37,662 nucleotides of DNA from positions 1 to 37,662 of the forward strand of contig JADINE010000023.1 in assembly GCA_017694175.1 (NCBI GenBank). Direction: 5' to 3'. Positions 19,022-27,834 of this stretch are shown piece after piece (the stretch's first letter is position 1; each line of letters begins with the position of its first letter). Made by a program: the position numbers and the translations under genes. This stretch comes from Candidatus Enterousia excrementavium (GTDB lineage Bacteria; Pseudomonadota; Alphaproteobacteria; Rs-D84). The notes below the pieces were generated by a model. It worked only from the letters and a program-made list of their open reading frames with translations. It made no database searches and was not told where the DNA came from.

Positions 19022-20311
19022 ATGAATTGGTTAAAAAAATTCTGGATAGTTTTTGTATCATTCCTGCCATTTACGGCGGGGGCTGCTGCGCCGTTGGTTG
19101 TTGGTGCGATTGCGGGCGTTGGTGTTATTGCCGGTTTTTCAATTTACAGAACAGCTGTGCCAGTTAACATGGCCGATGCATTGAATTTTTTTTCCAGTTG
19201 TTGGTCGTGTCAAATGTTTTCAGATGTTGTTGCAACAATTTCTGGGCTGCTGCCGCGGGCATATGATGCGATTGCGTCTGTAATAATCCCGTTTTCAGTT
19301 GTTTTAATGGCGATATGGTTTGCATGGACTTTGCTGTCTGGTTTTTTCAATTCTAAAATCCAGGGTCCGCTTTCACTGGCAAGTGATTTTGGAACGAAAT
19401 TTATAAAACTGGGTTTTGTTGCGGCGCTTTTGGCAATACCGCTGCCACGCCTGATTACAAACATAGTGATTGAACCGGTCTTTAATGTAGGCTTGTCGCT
19501 GAACAGGGCGATTGCCGGTAACGACGAATTTGCAACATGCGTTGTTGCAACGGCTGTGGCCGATCCGATGGCGGCCAGTGTTGATGCCGCTGAATCGGGG
19601 GCATTTTCGCCGCGGTTGCGTCACAATTTAACGTGTGAAATTGCCAACGTTCATCAAATGACCGGACTGGGTATGACTGTTGGGTGGACTATGTTGAACA
19701 TGGCATTTAACGAAGAATACATGCATCATATTGTTTGGGATATACCGTTTTTCCCGAACATTCCGATTTTTCTGGCGGGTGCACTAATATTGTTACTGTT
19801 TTTCTTTGCACTATTGCCAATACCGGTGTATTTCTTGGAAGTATTGATAAAACTGGGCATGGATTTAATTATGTTGCCGTTCATGTTGTTGTCCTGGCTG
19901 TTCAAAGGCTGGAAAATTTTCCCAGACGGTGGCGGTAATATTAAAAAAATGATAGATGATGTAATCCAGGCAACCGCCGGAATTGCGCTTATTGGCGTGT
20001 TTGTTACATTTGCAGTAATGTTTTTGAACGCAGTGTTTGGCAAATGGGCGGGTGCGGACAGATTGGCCCTTGCACTGTCTGAAAACGATTCGACAATTTT
20101 GATGGATGGGCTTCTTTTGCGCAACGACAGCATAATAACGATTATTTTAATGGGTTTATTCATTGCGATGTTCATGACAATGATACCAGCCTTGGTCAAA
20201 GCACTGTTTGCAAATGTTTCTGTACCGCTTTCTTTCTACGAATCGACGAAAAAAGCATTGGGCAGTGCGTGGGGAAACGCGAAAAAATGGTACGACTCAC
20301 TAAAAAAATAA
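19022..20311 (+). CDS. polytopic membrane protein, VirB6/TrbL-like paralog 5 (divergent orientation)
   Basis: CWSC; loop Cys pair; FLEVLIKLGMDLIMLPFMLLSWLF; start ATG 19022. Confidence 0.75.
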   Translation: MNWLKKFWIVFVSFLPFTAGAAAPLVVGAIAGVGVIAGFSIYRTAVPVNMADALNFFSSCWSCQMFSDVVATISGLLPRAYDAIASVIIPFSVVLMAIWFAWTLLSGFFNSKIQGPLSLASDFGTKFIKLGFVAALLAIPLPRLITNIVIEPVFNVGLSLNRAIAGNDEFATCVVATAVADPMAASVDAAESGAFSPRLRHNLTCEIANVHQMTGLGMTVGWTMLNMAFNEEYMHHIVWDIPFFPNIPIFLAGALILLLFFFALLPIPVYFLEVLIKLGMDLIMLPFMLLSWLFKGWKIFPDGGGNIKKMIDDVIQATAGIALIGVFVTFAVMFLNAVFGKWAGADRLALALSENDSTILMDGLLLRNDSIITIILMGLFIAMFMTMIPALVKALFANVSVPLSFYESTKKALGSAWGNAKKWYDSLKK

Positions 20312-20379
20312 AAAATCAAGTGCTTTATTTAATGCCACCCCCTTTTTTGTGCCATCCGAATCTGATATAATTCACAGTA

Positions 20380-20898
20380 ATGAAGCAGTTTCCGATTCTT
20401 TATTGGCCACGAAAAACAGCCGCTGATGCGGATTATCAGTTGGCGCGCAAGGTTATAAATAACGCGGCGGGCGTTATGCCTGATGTTATTACGGGTGATA
20501 TAGATTTAATGGAAGTATTGGAAAAAAATCCGAATGCCACGATATATTATCCTGTATTTTGCGAATCAACGGGTTGGTGGGGCGAATTGTTGGGTTCGTC
20601 GGCCGCTGTAACCGATAAATTAATTATATCACCGGAATGTCAGTTAATGGTTATTGAAACGGTGCATTCATCGCGTGGCGCGTCTTCGCGCGGGAAAAAT
20701 CAGTTGCTGGCGGCGGAAATATACCCTGCCAGTGGTTTTTTCAAAAAAATGAATTCAGGCATCGCAACGGTTGCAGATATGTTGGCAACTGATGCAGGCA
20801 CAATTTTGGCGCTTTTCACAGGGCGCAGTCCGACTCAGTTTATAAATATACTGGAATCAACCGGCAATTCATATTTGGGATGTATTGGCCGGTATTAA
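20380..20898 (+). CDS. hypothetical protein
   Basis: 172-aa ORF fills the gap; TGATATAAT ends 8 nt before the ATG; no recognisable motif. Confidence 0.65.
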   Translation: MKQFPILYWPRKTAADADYQLARKVINNAAGVMPDVITGDIDLMEVLEKNPNATIYYPVFCESTGWWGELLGSSAAVTDKLIISPECQLMVIETVHSSRGASSRGKNQLLAAEIYPASGFFKKMNSGIATVADMLATDAGTILALFTGRSPTQFINILESTGNSYLGCIGRY

Positions 20899-20912
20899 TA
20901 TGTTATTATTGC

Positions 20913-20940
20913 TTGATTTCTGGAAAAATACTTGTATAAT
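20913..20940 (+). promoter_or_regulatory. sigma70-type promoter of rpmE-suhB
   Basis: TTGATT-16 bp-TATAAT. Confidence 0.55.
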
Positions 20941-20972
20941 TTTCGGGCTTATGAAAATAAAAGGGTAAAACG

Positions 20973-21185
20973 ATGAAAAAAGGGATTCATCCAGAATACT
21001 ATGAAATCAATGTCACAATGACAAACGGCAAAACCGTTAAAATGTATTCTTCGGTTAACAAAGATTTGGTGTTGTCCACGGATAATTTGAATCATTCCGC
21101 CTGGACGGGTCAGCGCAATAACGCCAGTGAAAAGGGGCAACGTGCTGCCGAATTCAAAAACAAATTTGCTGGGTTCAAATTTTAA
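20973..21185 (+). CDS. rpmE: 50S ribosomal protein L31 (Cys-free type)
   Basis: MKKGIHPEY...HSAWTG...F.NKF. Confidence 0.93.
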   Translation: MKKGIHPEYYEINVTMTNGKTVKMYSSVNKDLVLSTDNLNHSAWTGQRNNASEKGQRAAEFKNKFAGFKF

Positions 21186-21215
21186 TATTAACATATATTG
21201 CGCGGGGGCGTGGCA

Positions 21216-21920
21216 ATGGAACTGTTGATAAAAGGTTCAACCGAATTAAACAAAATGTTTATGGCGCTTCAACGCACTGCAACTGGATTGCGCCACGATT
21301 TTGGCGAGGTTGAAAACCTTCAACAATCCTTGCACGGTGCCCGCGACTTTGTAAAGAAAGCCGCCGCAAGAATAGAAGAAAGCATTCTGTCTGATTTATT
21401 ATTGGTTCGTCCGGCGGCGGGTTTACTTACCCCGAATGTTACGCACGAAGGCGCGTCACGCGATGAATTTGTGTTGGCGTTGTCTGGTGCATCTAATTTT
21501 GTTCGTGCGAATCCGCATTTTGCGATTTCTTTGGCGTTGCGTTCGAATGACGAAACAAAAATCGCGCTTGTGTATTCTCCGATTGACGAACGCTTGTATT
21601 ACGCGGAACAGGGGCGCGGTGCCTATGTGTTTTCTGCGTATCATTCTGCGCGTGTGCGTGTATCTAATTTATCAGAAGTGTCGGATTTAACGGTTGCGTA
21701 TAATACCAGTGGTAACGTTAAAACAATTGGTGATGTGCGGCGTACTGGGTGCCCGGCGCTGGATTTGGCATGGGTTGCATCTGGCAAATTTGATGCATTT
21801 GTGTCTGATCCGTTGGATTATGCTGAAATTGCGGCGGGCGAATTGTTGGTACGCGAAGCGGGCGGCAAAATTCGTATGGATTCAGAACTTGTTGCCACCA
21901 ATGGCCATGTTGAATTATAA
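21216..21920 (+). CDS. suhB: inositol monophosphatase/SuhB-family protein, catalytically degenerate
   Basis: DFGEVENLQ, PHFAISLAL, RRTGCPALDLAWVASGKFD, AAG.LLVREAGG; the DPLDGT motif is absent. Confidence 0.82.
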   Translation: MELLIKGSTELNKMFMALQRTATGLRHDFGEVENLQQSLHGARDFVKKAAARIEESILSDLLLVRPAAGLLTPNVTHEGASRDEFVLALSGASNFVRANPHFAISLALRSNDETKIALVYSPIDERLYYAEQGRGAYVFSAYHSARVRVSNLSEVSDLTVAYNTSGNVKTIGDVRRTGCPALDLAWVASGKFDAFVSDPLDYAEIAAGELLVREAGGKIRMDSELVATNGHVEL

Positions 21921-21952
21921 AAATTACCGCCACATGGCGGTTTTTTATTTTT
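21921..21952 (+). terminator. intrinsic terminator
   Basis: ACCGCCA-ca-TGGCGGT followed by a T run. Confidence 0.75.
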
Positions 21953-21958
21953 CGAAAC

Positions 21959-21987
21959 TTGCAAACAGGGAATAAATATCTTAGAAT
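21959..21987 (+). promoter_or_regulatory. sigma70-type promoter of mrcA
   Basis: TTGCAA-17 bp-TAGAAT, ending 9 nt before the ATG. Confidence 0.5.
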
Positions 21988-21996
21988 TTGCAAGAC

Positions 21997-24045
21997 ATGA
22001 AATTCAAAAAAATATTACGCGTTTTTATAAACATACTGTTTTGGGGATTTGTATTCGGCATTGCCGCGATTGCGGTGGTGATTTTTATTCATGGCCGCGA
22101 TTTGCCAGACTATAAGAAATTGGCAACATATGCGCCACCTGTTGCAACGCGTTTGTACGCCTCGGATGGCAGTTTGTTAAAAGAATACGCCGAAGAACGT
22201 CGGGTGTTTATCGATTTTGCGGATTTGCCACCGCAATTGGTTAATGCCTTTGTCGCGGCCGAGGATCAAAATTTCTGGACGCATCCTGGTATTGATATCC
22301 AGGGCATAACCCGTGCATTGGTAAACAATGGGTTGCATTTGTTGGGCTTTGACGCGCGTTTTTCAGGCGCATCAACAATTACACAACAGGTTGCAAAGAA
22401 TTTCTTTTTAACATCTGAACGTACCATTTCGCGCAAGATAAAAGAAGCCATTCTTGCCATGCGTTTGGAACGCACGTTTTCGAAACAGCACATTTTGACT
22501 TTGTACATGAACCAGATTTATCTGGGCGCGCGCGCATATGGTGTTGGTTCGGCTGCGTTGATGTATTTTAATAAACCTGTATCCGAGTTAACTTTATCAG
22601 AATGCGCATTTTTGGCTGCTTTGCCAAAGGCGCCCAATAATCGCGAAAAGGCAATTGAACGCCGTAATTATGTTTTGCGTCGCATGGTGGAAGAAGGGTA
22701 TATAACCCAAACAGATGCCGATGTTGCCGCCGCCGAAACATTGAATATCAACAGCGGTTTCACCGAACAAATGGATGAAGATTTTCAATATTTTGCCGAA
22801 GATGTTCGCCGGCAACTGTTAAACGAATTGGGGCGTGAAACGCTGTATAACCAGGGTTTGTACATAAAAACAACAATTGTCCCGGAATTACAACATGCGG
22901 CCAGTGCGGCACTGAACAAAGAATTGGATAATTACAATTCCATTCGTGGCGAAGATGAACCGAAATTACAGGGCGCAATCATTGTGATGAATCCGCACAC
23001 AGGACGCATTTTGGCAATGTCTGGGGGGCGTTCTTTTGCGGAAAGTTCGTTTAATCGTGCAACCCAGGCTATGCGTCAAATCGGCAGTACGATAAAACCA
23101 TTTGTATATTTGGCTGCGTTGGAACGTGGCACTTCGCCCGAGGCTTTAATTCTTGACGCGCCAATTGTTGGCTGGCGCGCTGATAATACGCTTTGGAAGC
23201 CTGAAAATTATGATAAAAAATTCCTGGGGGATATTCCTTTGCGTTATGCGTTGGAAACATCGCGCAATGTGCCAGCGGTTCGCATGGTGCAAAGTTTGGG
23301 TGTTGAAAACGCTATCGAGGTTGCCCAGCGTTTTGGTGTGTATCCACAAAACCTGGAAAATGTTAATTTATCCATGGCATTGGGCTCGGGCGAAACAACG
23401 TTGCAGCGTTTGGTGTTGGGATATTCGGCGTTTGTAAATGGTGGTTACGTGATTCAGCCGAAATTAGTGGACTATATCCAGGACAGATATGGTCACACAT
23501 TGAACACAGGGGCGCCCGAGTTAATTGAATGGCAGCCTGATTTATTACCACCAGAAAAAATTTCAACCCAGCAACCATTATCAGATCCGCAAAGTTTGTA
23601 CCAAATGGTGTCGATTTTACAGGGTACTGTTGAACGTGGCACAGGACGCCAGGCCCGTGTGCCGGGGCATACAATTGCTGGGAAAACCGGCACAACAAAT
23701 GATGTAAAAGATATTTGGTTCGTCGGCTTTTCAAAAAATTTAATTGCTGGGGTATATTTGGGATATGATATGCCGGCGCCGCTGGGGCGTGGTGCAGGCA
23801 GCCACATGGCGGCACGCGTATTCGCAGATTTTATGAAAACGGCCCTGGCGTATGAAACGAACCAACCGTTTTCAGTACCAGATGGCATGACTTTTGTGCG
23901 TGTCAACAGAATGACGGGTGTTGCCGCTGCCCAGGATCCTAACGGCACCATTATTACCGAGGCATTTAAACCAGGCCAATCACCCAATCCTGCAAAAAAG
24001 CAAAATGCGGCTCAATCGGGGCCAGTTGTGGGTGGCGTCTTTTAA
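21997..24045 (+). CDS. mrcA: penicillin-binding protein 1A (class A, transglycosylase/transpeptidase)
   Basis: N-terminal TM; EDQNF..HPGID, GASTITQQVAKN, RKIKE; STIK, SRN, KTGT. Confidence 0.93.
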   Translation: MKFKKILRVFINILFWGFVFGIAAIAVVIFIHGRDLPDYKKLATYAPPVATRLYASDGSLLKEYAEERRVFIDFADLPPQLVNAFVAAEDQNFWTHPGIDIQGITRALVNNGLHLLGFDARFSGASTITQQVAKNFFLTSERTISRKIKEAILAMRLERTFSKQHILTLYMNQIYLGARAYGVGSAALMYFNKPVSELTLSECAFLAALPKAPNNREKAIERRNYVLRRMVEEGYITQTDADVAAAETLNINSGFTEQMDEDFQYFAEDVRRQLLNELGRETLYNQGLYIKTTIVPELQHAASAALNKELDNYNSIRGEDEPKLQGAIIVMNPHTGRILAMSGGRSFAESSFNRATQAMRQIGSTIKPFVYLAALERGTSPEALILDAPIVGWRADNTLWKPENYDKKFLGDIPLRYALETSRNVPAVRMVQSLGVENAIEVAQRFGVYPQNLENVNLSMALGSGETTLQRLVLGYSAFVNGGYVIQPKLVDYIQDRYGHTLNTGAPELIEWQPDLLPPEKISTQQPLSDPQSLYQMVSILQGTVERGTGRQARVPGHTIAGKTGTTNDVKDIWFVGFSKNLIAGVYLGYDMPAPLGRGAGSHMAARVFADFMKTALAYETNQPFSVPDGMTFVRVNRMTGVAAAQDPNGTIITEAFKPGQSPNPAKKQNAAQSGPVVGGVF

Positions 24046-24066
24046 CAGTTAAAAAAGGTGGTGAAA

Positions 24067-24357
24067 ATGAAAAAATTGTTTGTGATATTTGCTTTGTGTT
24101 TAACGGCGTGCGGTAATGATTATGAAAATATGATGCAGTGCGATACGTATGATGTTCAATATAATATGTCGGATGATGGCGAAGCGTTGGATGCACTGGT
24201 GAACGGTCAAAAAGTATCGTTACAGATTGCAATATCTGCATCTGGTGTGCGATATGTTGGTGAGCTGGGTGGCGAATTGTTGACATTATGGAATCATGGG
24301 TCTGATTGGATAATGTTTTTCAATGAAGATACGCCAATCGAGTGCAGCGTTAAATAA
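24067..24357 (+). CDS. mliC: MliC/PliC-family lysozyme inhibitor lipoprotein
   Basis: Lipobox LTAC; ISASGVRY and LWNHG motifs; Cys pair. Confidence 0.78.
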   Translation: MKKLFVIFALCLTACGNDYENMMQCDTYDVQYNMSDDGEALDALVNGQKVSLQIAISASGVRYVGELGGELLTLWNHGSDWIMFFNEDTPIECSVK

Positions 24358-24415
24358 TTTTTGTTTTGTGATATTTATGTGGTAAAATATTCGCGTAAGT
24401 GAAAGGAGTTTTTTT

Positions 24416-25492
24416 ATGCTGACTTCGCTGTATCCAGAATTTTTTACCAGTGGTTGGGCGCAGTTTGCCTGTGGTTTTGGCGCAGCATTTTTAATAATGC
24501 TTGTATTCGGGCGGCCGTTTATACGCATGATGCACAGAATTCAAAAACGTGGCCAGCCAATCAGTGAAAATGTCCCAGTCGAACACAGAAAAAAAGCAGG
24601 CACCCCAACAATGGGCGGGCTGTTAATTATCGTGGCAATAATTATTGCCAGTTTGCTGTTTATGCCGCTTGCAAATAATGATATGGCGTGGGTGGCGTTG
24701 CTGTCGCTTGTTATGTTCGGTGCAATCGGATTTGCAGATGATTATAAAAAAGTTGCCACACAATCGAAAAAGGCATCAAATGGTTTGTCGCCAATGTTTC
24801 GATTGGGATTGGAAGCGTTATGTGTTGTTTTATTGGCATATTTAATTGACTCAACATTCCCAGACCGCATTGCGGAATTATCGTTGGCTCTGCCGTTCCA
24901 GGTTTTTATACCGTTGGGTGTTTTTTATTATGTGTTTGCATATTTTGTTATCGCAGGCAGCGCGAATGCGGCAAACATCACAGATGGACTGGATGGAATG
25001 TTGGCAAAATTATACATGCCTGTGTTATTGGTTTTGGTCGTAGCATTGTATCTTATTACGCGTGCTGGCGCTTCGCCCGCAATTTTAATGACCGAAGCCA
25101 GCGGTATGTACGCTGTGCTTGGCGCGGCCTTTGGCGCAGTGTTGGGATTTTTGTGGTTCAATGCAAAGCCTGCATCGATATTTATGGGTGATGTGGGGTC
25201 ACTTGGACTGGGGGCGTTTATGGGGACTGTTGCGATGCTGTTGCGGTCTGAAATAATACTGGCTGTTGCGGCTGGTATGATGGTTTTAATTTTGTTATCT
25301 TCGTTTATACAAACAATGTGCTTTAAAATAACGCGTAAATTCACTGGCACTGGGCGTCGTGTGTTTTTGCGTGCCCCGTTACATCACCATTTCGAAGAAT
25401 TGGGATGGGCTGAAACAAAAATTGTTGAAAGATTTTTTATCGCATCGATACTGTTTTCGGGTGTGGCATTGGCTTTATTAAAATTCGCATAA
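24416..25492 (+). CDS. mraY: phospho-N-acetylmuramoyl-pentapeptide transferase
   Basis: GTPTMGG, GFADDY, ANITDGLDG, FMGDVGS, APLHHHFE; RBS AAGGAG. Confidence 0.97.
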   Translation: MLTSLYPEFFTSGWAQFACGFGAAFLIMLVFGRPFIRMMHRIQKRGQPISENVPVEHRKKAGTPTMGGLLIIVAIIIASLLFMPLANNDMAWVALLSLVMFGAIGFADDYKKVATQSKKASNGLSPMFRLGLEALCVVLLAYLIDSTFPDRIAELSLALPFQVFIPLGVFYYVFAYFVIAGSANAANITDGLDGMLAKLYMPVLLVLVVALYLITRAGASPAILMTEASGMYAVLGAAFGAVLGFLWFNAKPASIFMGDVGSLGLGAFMGTVAMLLRSEIILAVAAGMMVLILLSSFIQTMCFKITRKFTGTGRRVFLRAPLHHHFEELGWAETKIVERFFIASILFSGVALALLKFA

Positions 25493-25504
25493 ACACAGAA
25501 AGAT

Positions 25505-26644
25505 ATGTTAAAACGTACAGAAGAAAGTAAACTGACCAGTTGGTATTTTGAAATAGACCGTCGATTGTTGGCCTATGTGTTGGTTATGTTTGTTATAAGT
25601 ATTTTGTACGTGATATCAGCCGGTTCGGTGGCGGCTGAACGTATTGGCCAGTCGTGGAATTTTTTTCTGGTCAAAGCAATTCCGTTTTACATACTTGGCT
25701 TGGGAACATTGTTGGCAGCCAGTGCGTTAAATAAAAAATGGGTATTGCGAATTTCATGGTTGAATGTTGTTGTTGGACTGGCGTTATTGTTGGTGACGTT
25801 GGTTGCGCCGCATGTTATTAATGGTTCGAACCGTTTTGTTTCGCTGGGTTTTGCAAATGTTATGCCGGCCGATATTATGAAGCCTGGATTTATAATGGTT
25901 ACGGCGTGGTTTTTGGCCAAAATGCGTGACGCGTATGGCGACGATATATTTTTTAACAAAGCGGCCTGGCAATTCAAATGGCTGTCCTGGTGGCCGTATC
26001 TGGGGGTGTTTGCCGCAATGTTGGCGATAATATTTACACATCCTGATTTGGGTACGTCTGTTTTATATTTGGCAGTCTTTGGTGCAATGTTGTTTATTGC
26101 AGGATTACCGTATGTGACATTGCCAATCATAGCGGTGGCTGGCATCGGATTGGTTGGCCTGGCATTTTTGACTATGCCGCACGTGCATAATCGTATAGTT
26201 GCATTTTTCACCGGCACAGGCGACACATATCAGGTGGACAAATCAATTCAGTCCATTCAAAATGGGGGTTTGTTTGGCCAGGGTGACGGTGCGTTTGTAA
26301 AACAATCTTTGCCCGACGCGCACACAGATTTTATTTTTGCTGCCATTGCCGAAGATGCCGGTGCCATTGTTGCGTGTGGATTGATTATATTTTTGATGTT
26401 GGTAATACGTCGTCTGGTTGTTGATGCAACAAACGCCCGCGATAAATTTGTGTTCTATGCGGCGGGTGGCACGGCGGCATTATTTGGCGCCCAGGTATGT
26501 ATTAATTTGATGTCTACGTTGAATTTGTTCGCGCCAAAGGGCATGACACTGCCGTTCATATCATATGGGGGCAGTTCGTTGCTGGCGTATTCTCTGTTGT
26601 TTGGGATGTTGTTGGCAATTATTCGCGAAGATAAATGGAAATAA
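25505..26644 (+). CDS. ftsW: SEDS-family peptidoglycan glycosyltransferase FtsW
   Basis: HPDLG, LPDAHTDFIFA, PKGMTLPFISYGGSS; lies between mraY and murG. Confidence 0.92.
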   Translation: MLKRTEESKLTSWYFEIDRRLLAYVLVMFVISILYVISAGSVAAERIGQSWNFFLVKAIPFYILGLGTLLAASALNKKWVLRISWLNVVVGLALLLVTLVAPHVINGSNRFVSLGFANVMPADIMKPGFIMVTAWFLAKMRDAYGDDIFFNKAAWQFKWLSWWPYLGVFAAMLAIIFTHPDLGTSVLYLAVFGAMLFIAGLPYVTLPIIAVAGIGLVGLAFLTMPHVHNRIVAFFTGTGDTYQVDKSIQSIQNGGLFGQGDGAFVKQSLPDAHTDFIFAAIAEDAGAIVACGLIIFLMLVIRRLVVDATNARDKFVFYAAGGTAALFGAQVCINLMSTLNLFAPKGMTLPFISYGGSSLLAYSLLFGMLLAIIREDKWK

Positions 26645-26714
26645 ATGCCTTGGTTGAAATATCATATCTGGGTGATATAATTCACATATAGTTATTTACA
26701 AAGAGTTAACAGTT

Positions 26715-27761
26715 ATGAAAATTTGGATTGCAACAGGTGGCACAGGTGGTCACGTATTCCCAGCATTAAGTGTGGCAGATGAATTATCTGCCCGCGGTCA
26801 CAGGGTTATAATTTCGCGTGATGGGCGTGTAAAAAAAATGGTGGCGAATGGCGCGCCACGCGGTGCCAAAGTGGTTGGCGTTTGGGCGTCTGGTGTTGGC
26901 GCAAAAAGCAAACTGCATCAAATTATCGCATTGTTTAAAATTTCTGTATCGGCGGCATGGCTGGCGGTGCGTTTTATGTTTGCGCGTCCTGCACGTGTTG
27001 TGGCATTTGGCGGGTATGCATCTGTGCCGGCTGTGTTCGCGGCGCATCTGTGGCGAATTCCAACCTTTTTGCACGAACAAAACGCAGCAATAGGTCGCGC
27101 AAATAAATTTTCTTTGCGCTGGGTAAAAACATTAATGACAAGTTTTCCATCTGTATCGGGCATACCGAAAAACACTGCGGCACGTGTGGTGTATACAGGA
27201 TTGCCTGTGCGCCATGAATTTATATCAGCGGCCGGGGCGCCATTGCCATATGCGTCAAAGTTATTAATAACAGGCGGATCACTGGGGGCGCAAATTTTGG
27301 ATGATGTTGTACCTGCGGCGATTTTACAAATGAAAAACAAAAAGATTTTTGTAACGCATCAAACACGTCCTGAAAATGTTGCGCGATTGCAAAAATTGTA
27401 TGCAGATAACAAAATTCACGCGAATGTTTTATCGTTTATTCATGATATGGCGGGAACCATAGTTGATTCGGATTTGATAATCGGGCGCAGTGGTGCCAGC
27501 ACAGTTGTTGAATTGGAAACGATTGGGCGGCCTGCGATATTGGTTCCATTAAATATTAATCCAGACCAGGCGGCCAATGCGGAAAGTTTTGCGCGCCTAG
27601 GCGGTGGATTTGCAGTGCCCCAGGAAAAGTTTACACCAAAATGGTTGGCTGCGACATTAACAGATTTGTTTGATAACCCGGCACGCCTGGAAAAAATGGC
27701 AAAAAAATCCTTGGTTGAAAACAACGCAGTTCAAATAATTTGTGATGAAATAACAAAATAA
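26715..27761 (+). CDS. murG: UDP-GlcNAc:lipid I N-acetylglucosaminyltransferase
   Basis: GGTGGHVFP, FGGYAS, HEQN, GGSLGA, RSGAST. Confidence 0.96.
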   Translation: MKIWIATGGTGGHVFPALSVADELSARGHRVIISRDGRVKKMVANGAPRGAKVVGVWASGVGAKSKLHQIIALFKISVSAAWLAVRFMFARPARVVAFGGYASVPAVFAAHLWRIPTFLHEQNAAIGRANKFSLRWVKTLMTSFPSVSGIPKNTAARVVYTGLPVRHEFISAAGAPLPYASKLLITGGSLGAQILDDVVPAAILQMKNKKIFVTHQTRPENVARLQKLYADNKIHANVLSFIHDMAGTIVDSDLIIGRSGASTVVELETIGRPAILVPLNINPDQAANAESFARLGGGFAVPQEKFTPKWLAATLTDLFDNPARLEKMAKKSLVENNAVQIICDEITK

Positions 27762-27834
27762 TCTGAAAACGCATTTTTCCGCTTGCGTGCGATTCGTCAT
27801 TTGTTCTATGATGAATATCAGGAAGGAAAGGAAA

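Noticed and set aside
13737-20311. Conjugative element or genomic island
   Set aside because: No integrase, relaxase, att repeats or tRNA, and the terminator is shared with uvrD
20973-21185. Zn-free L31 as a zinc-starvation paralog
   Set aside because: Cys-free L31 is the normal form in many alphaproteobacteria
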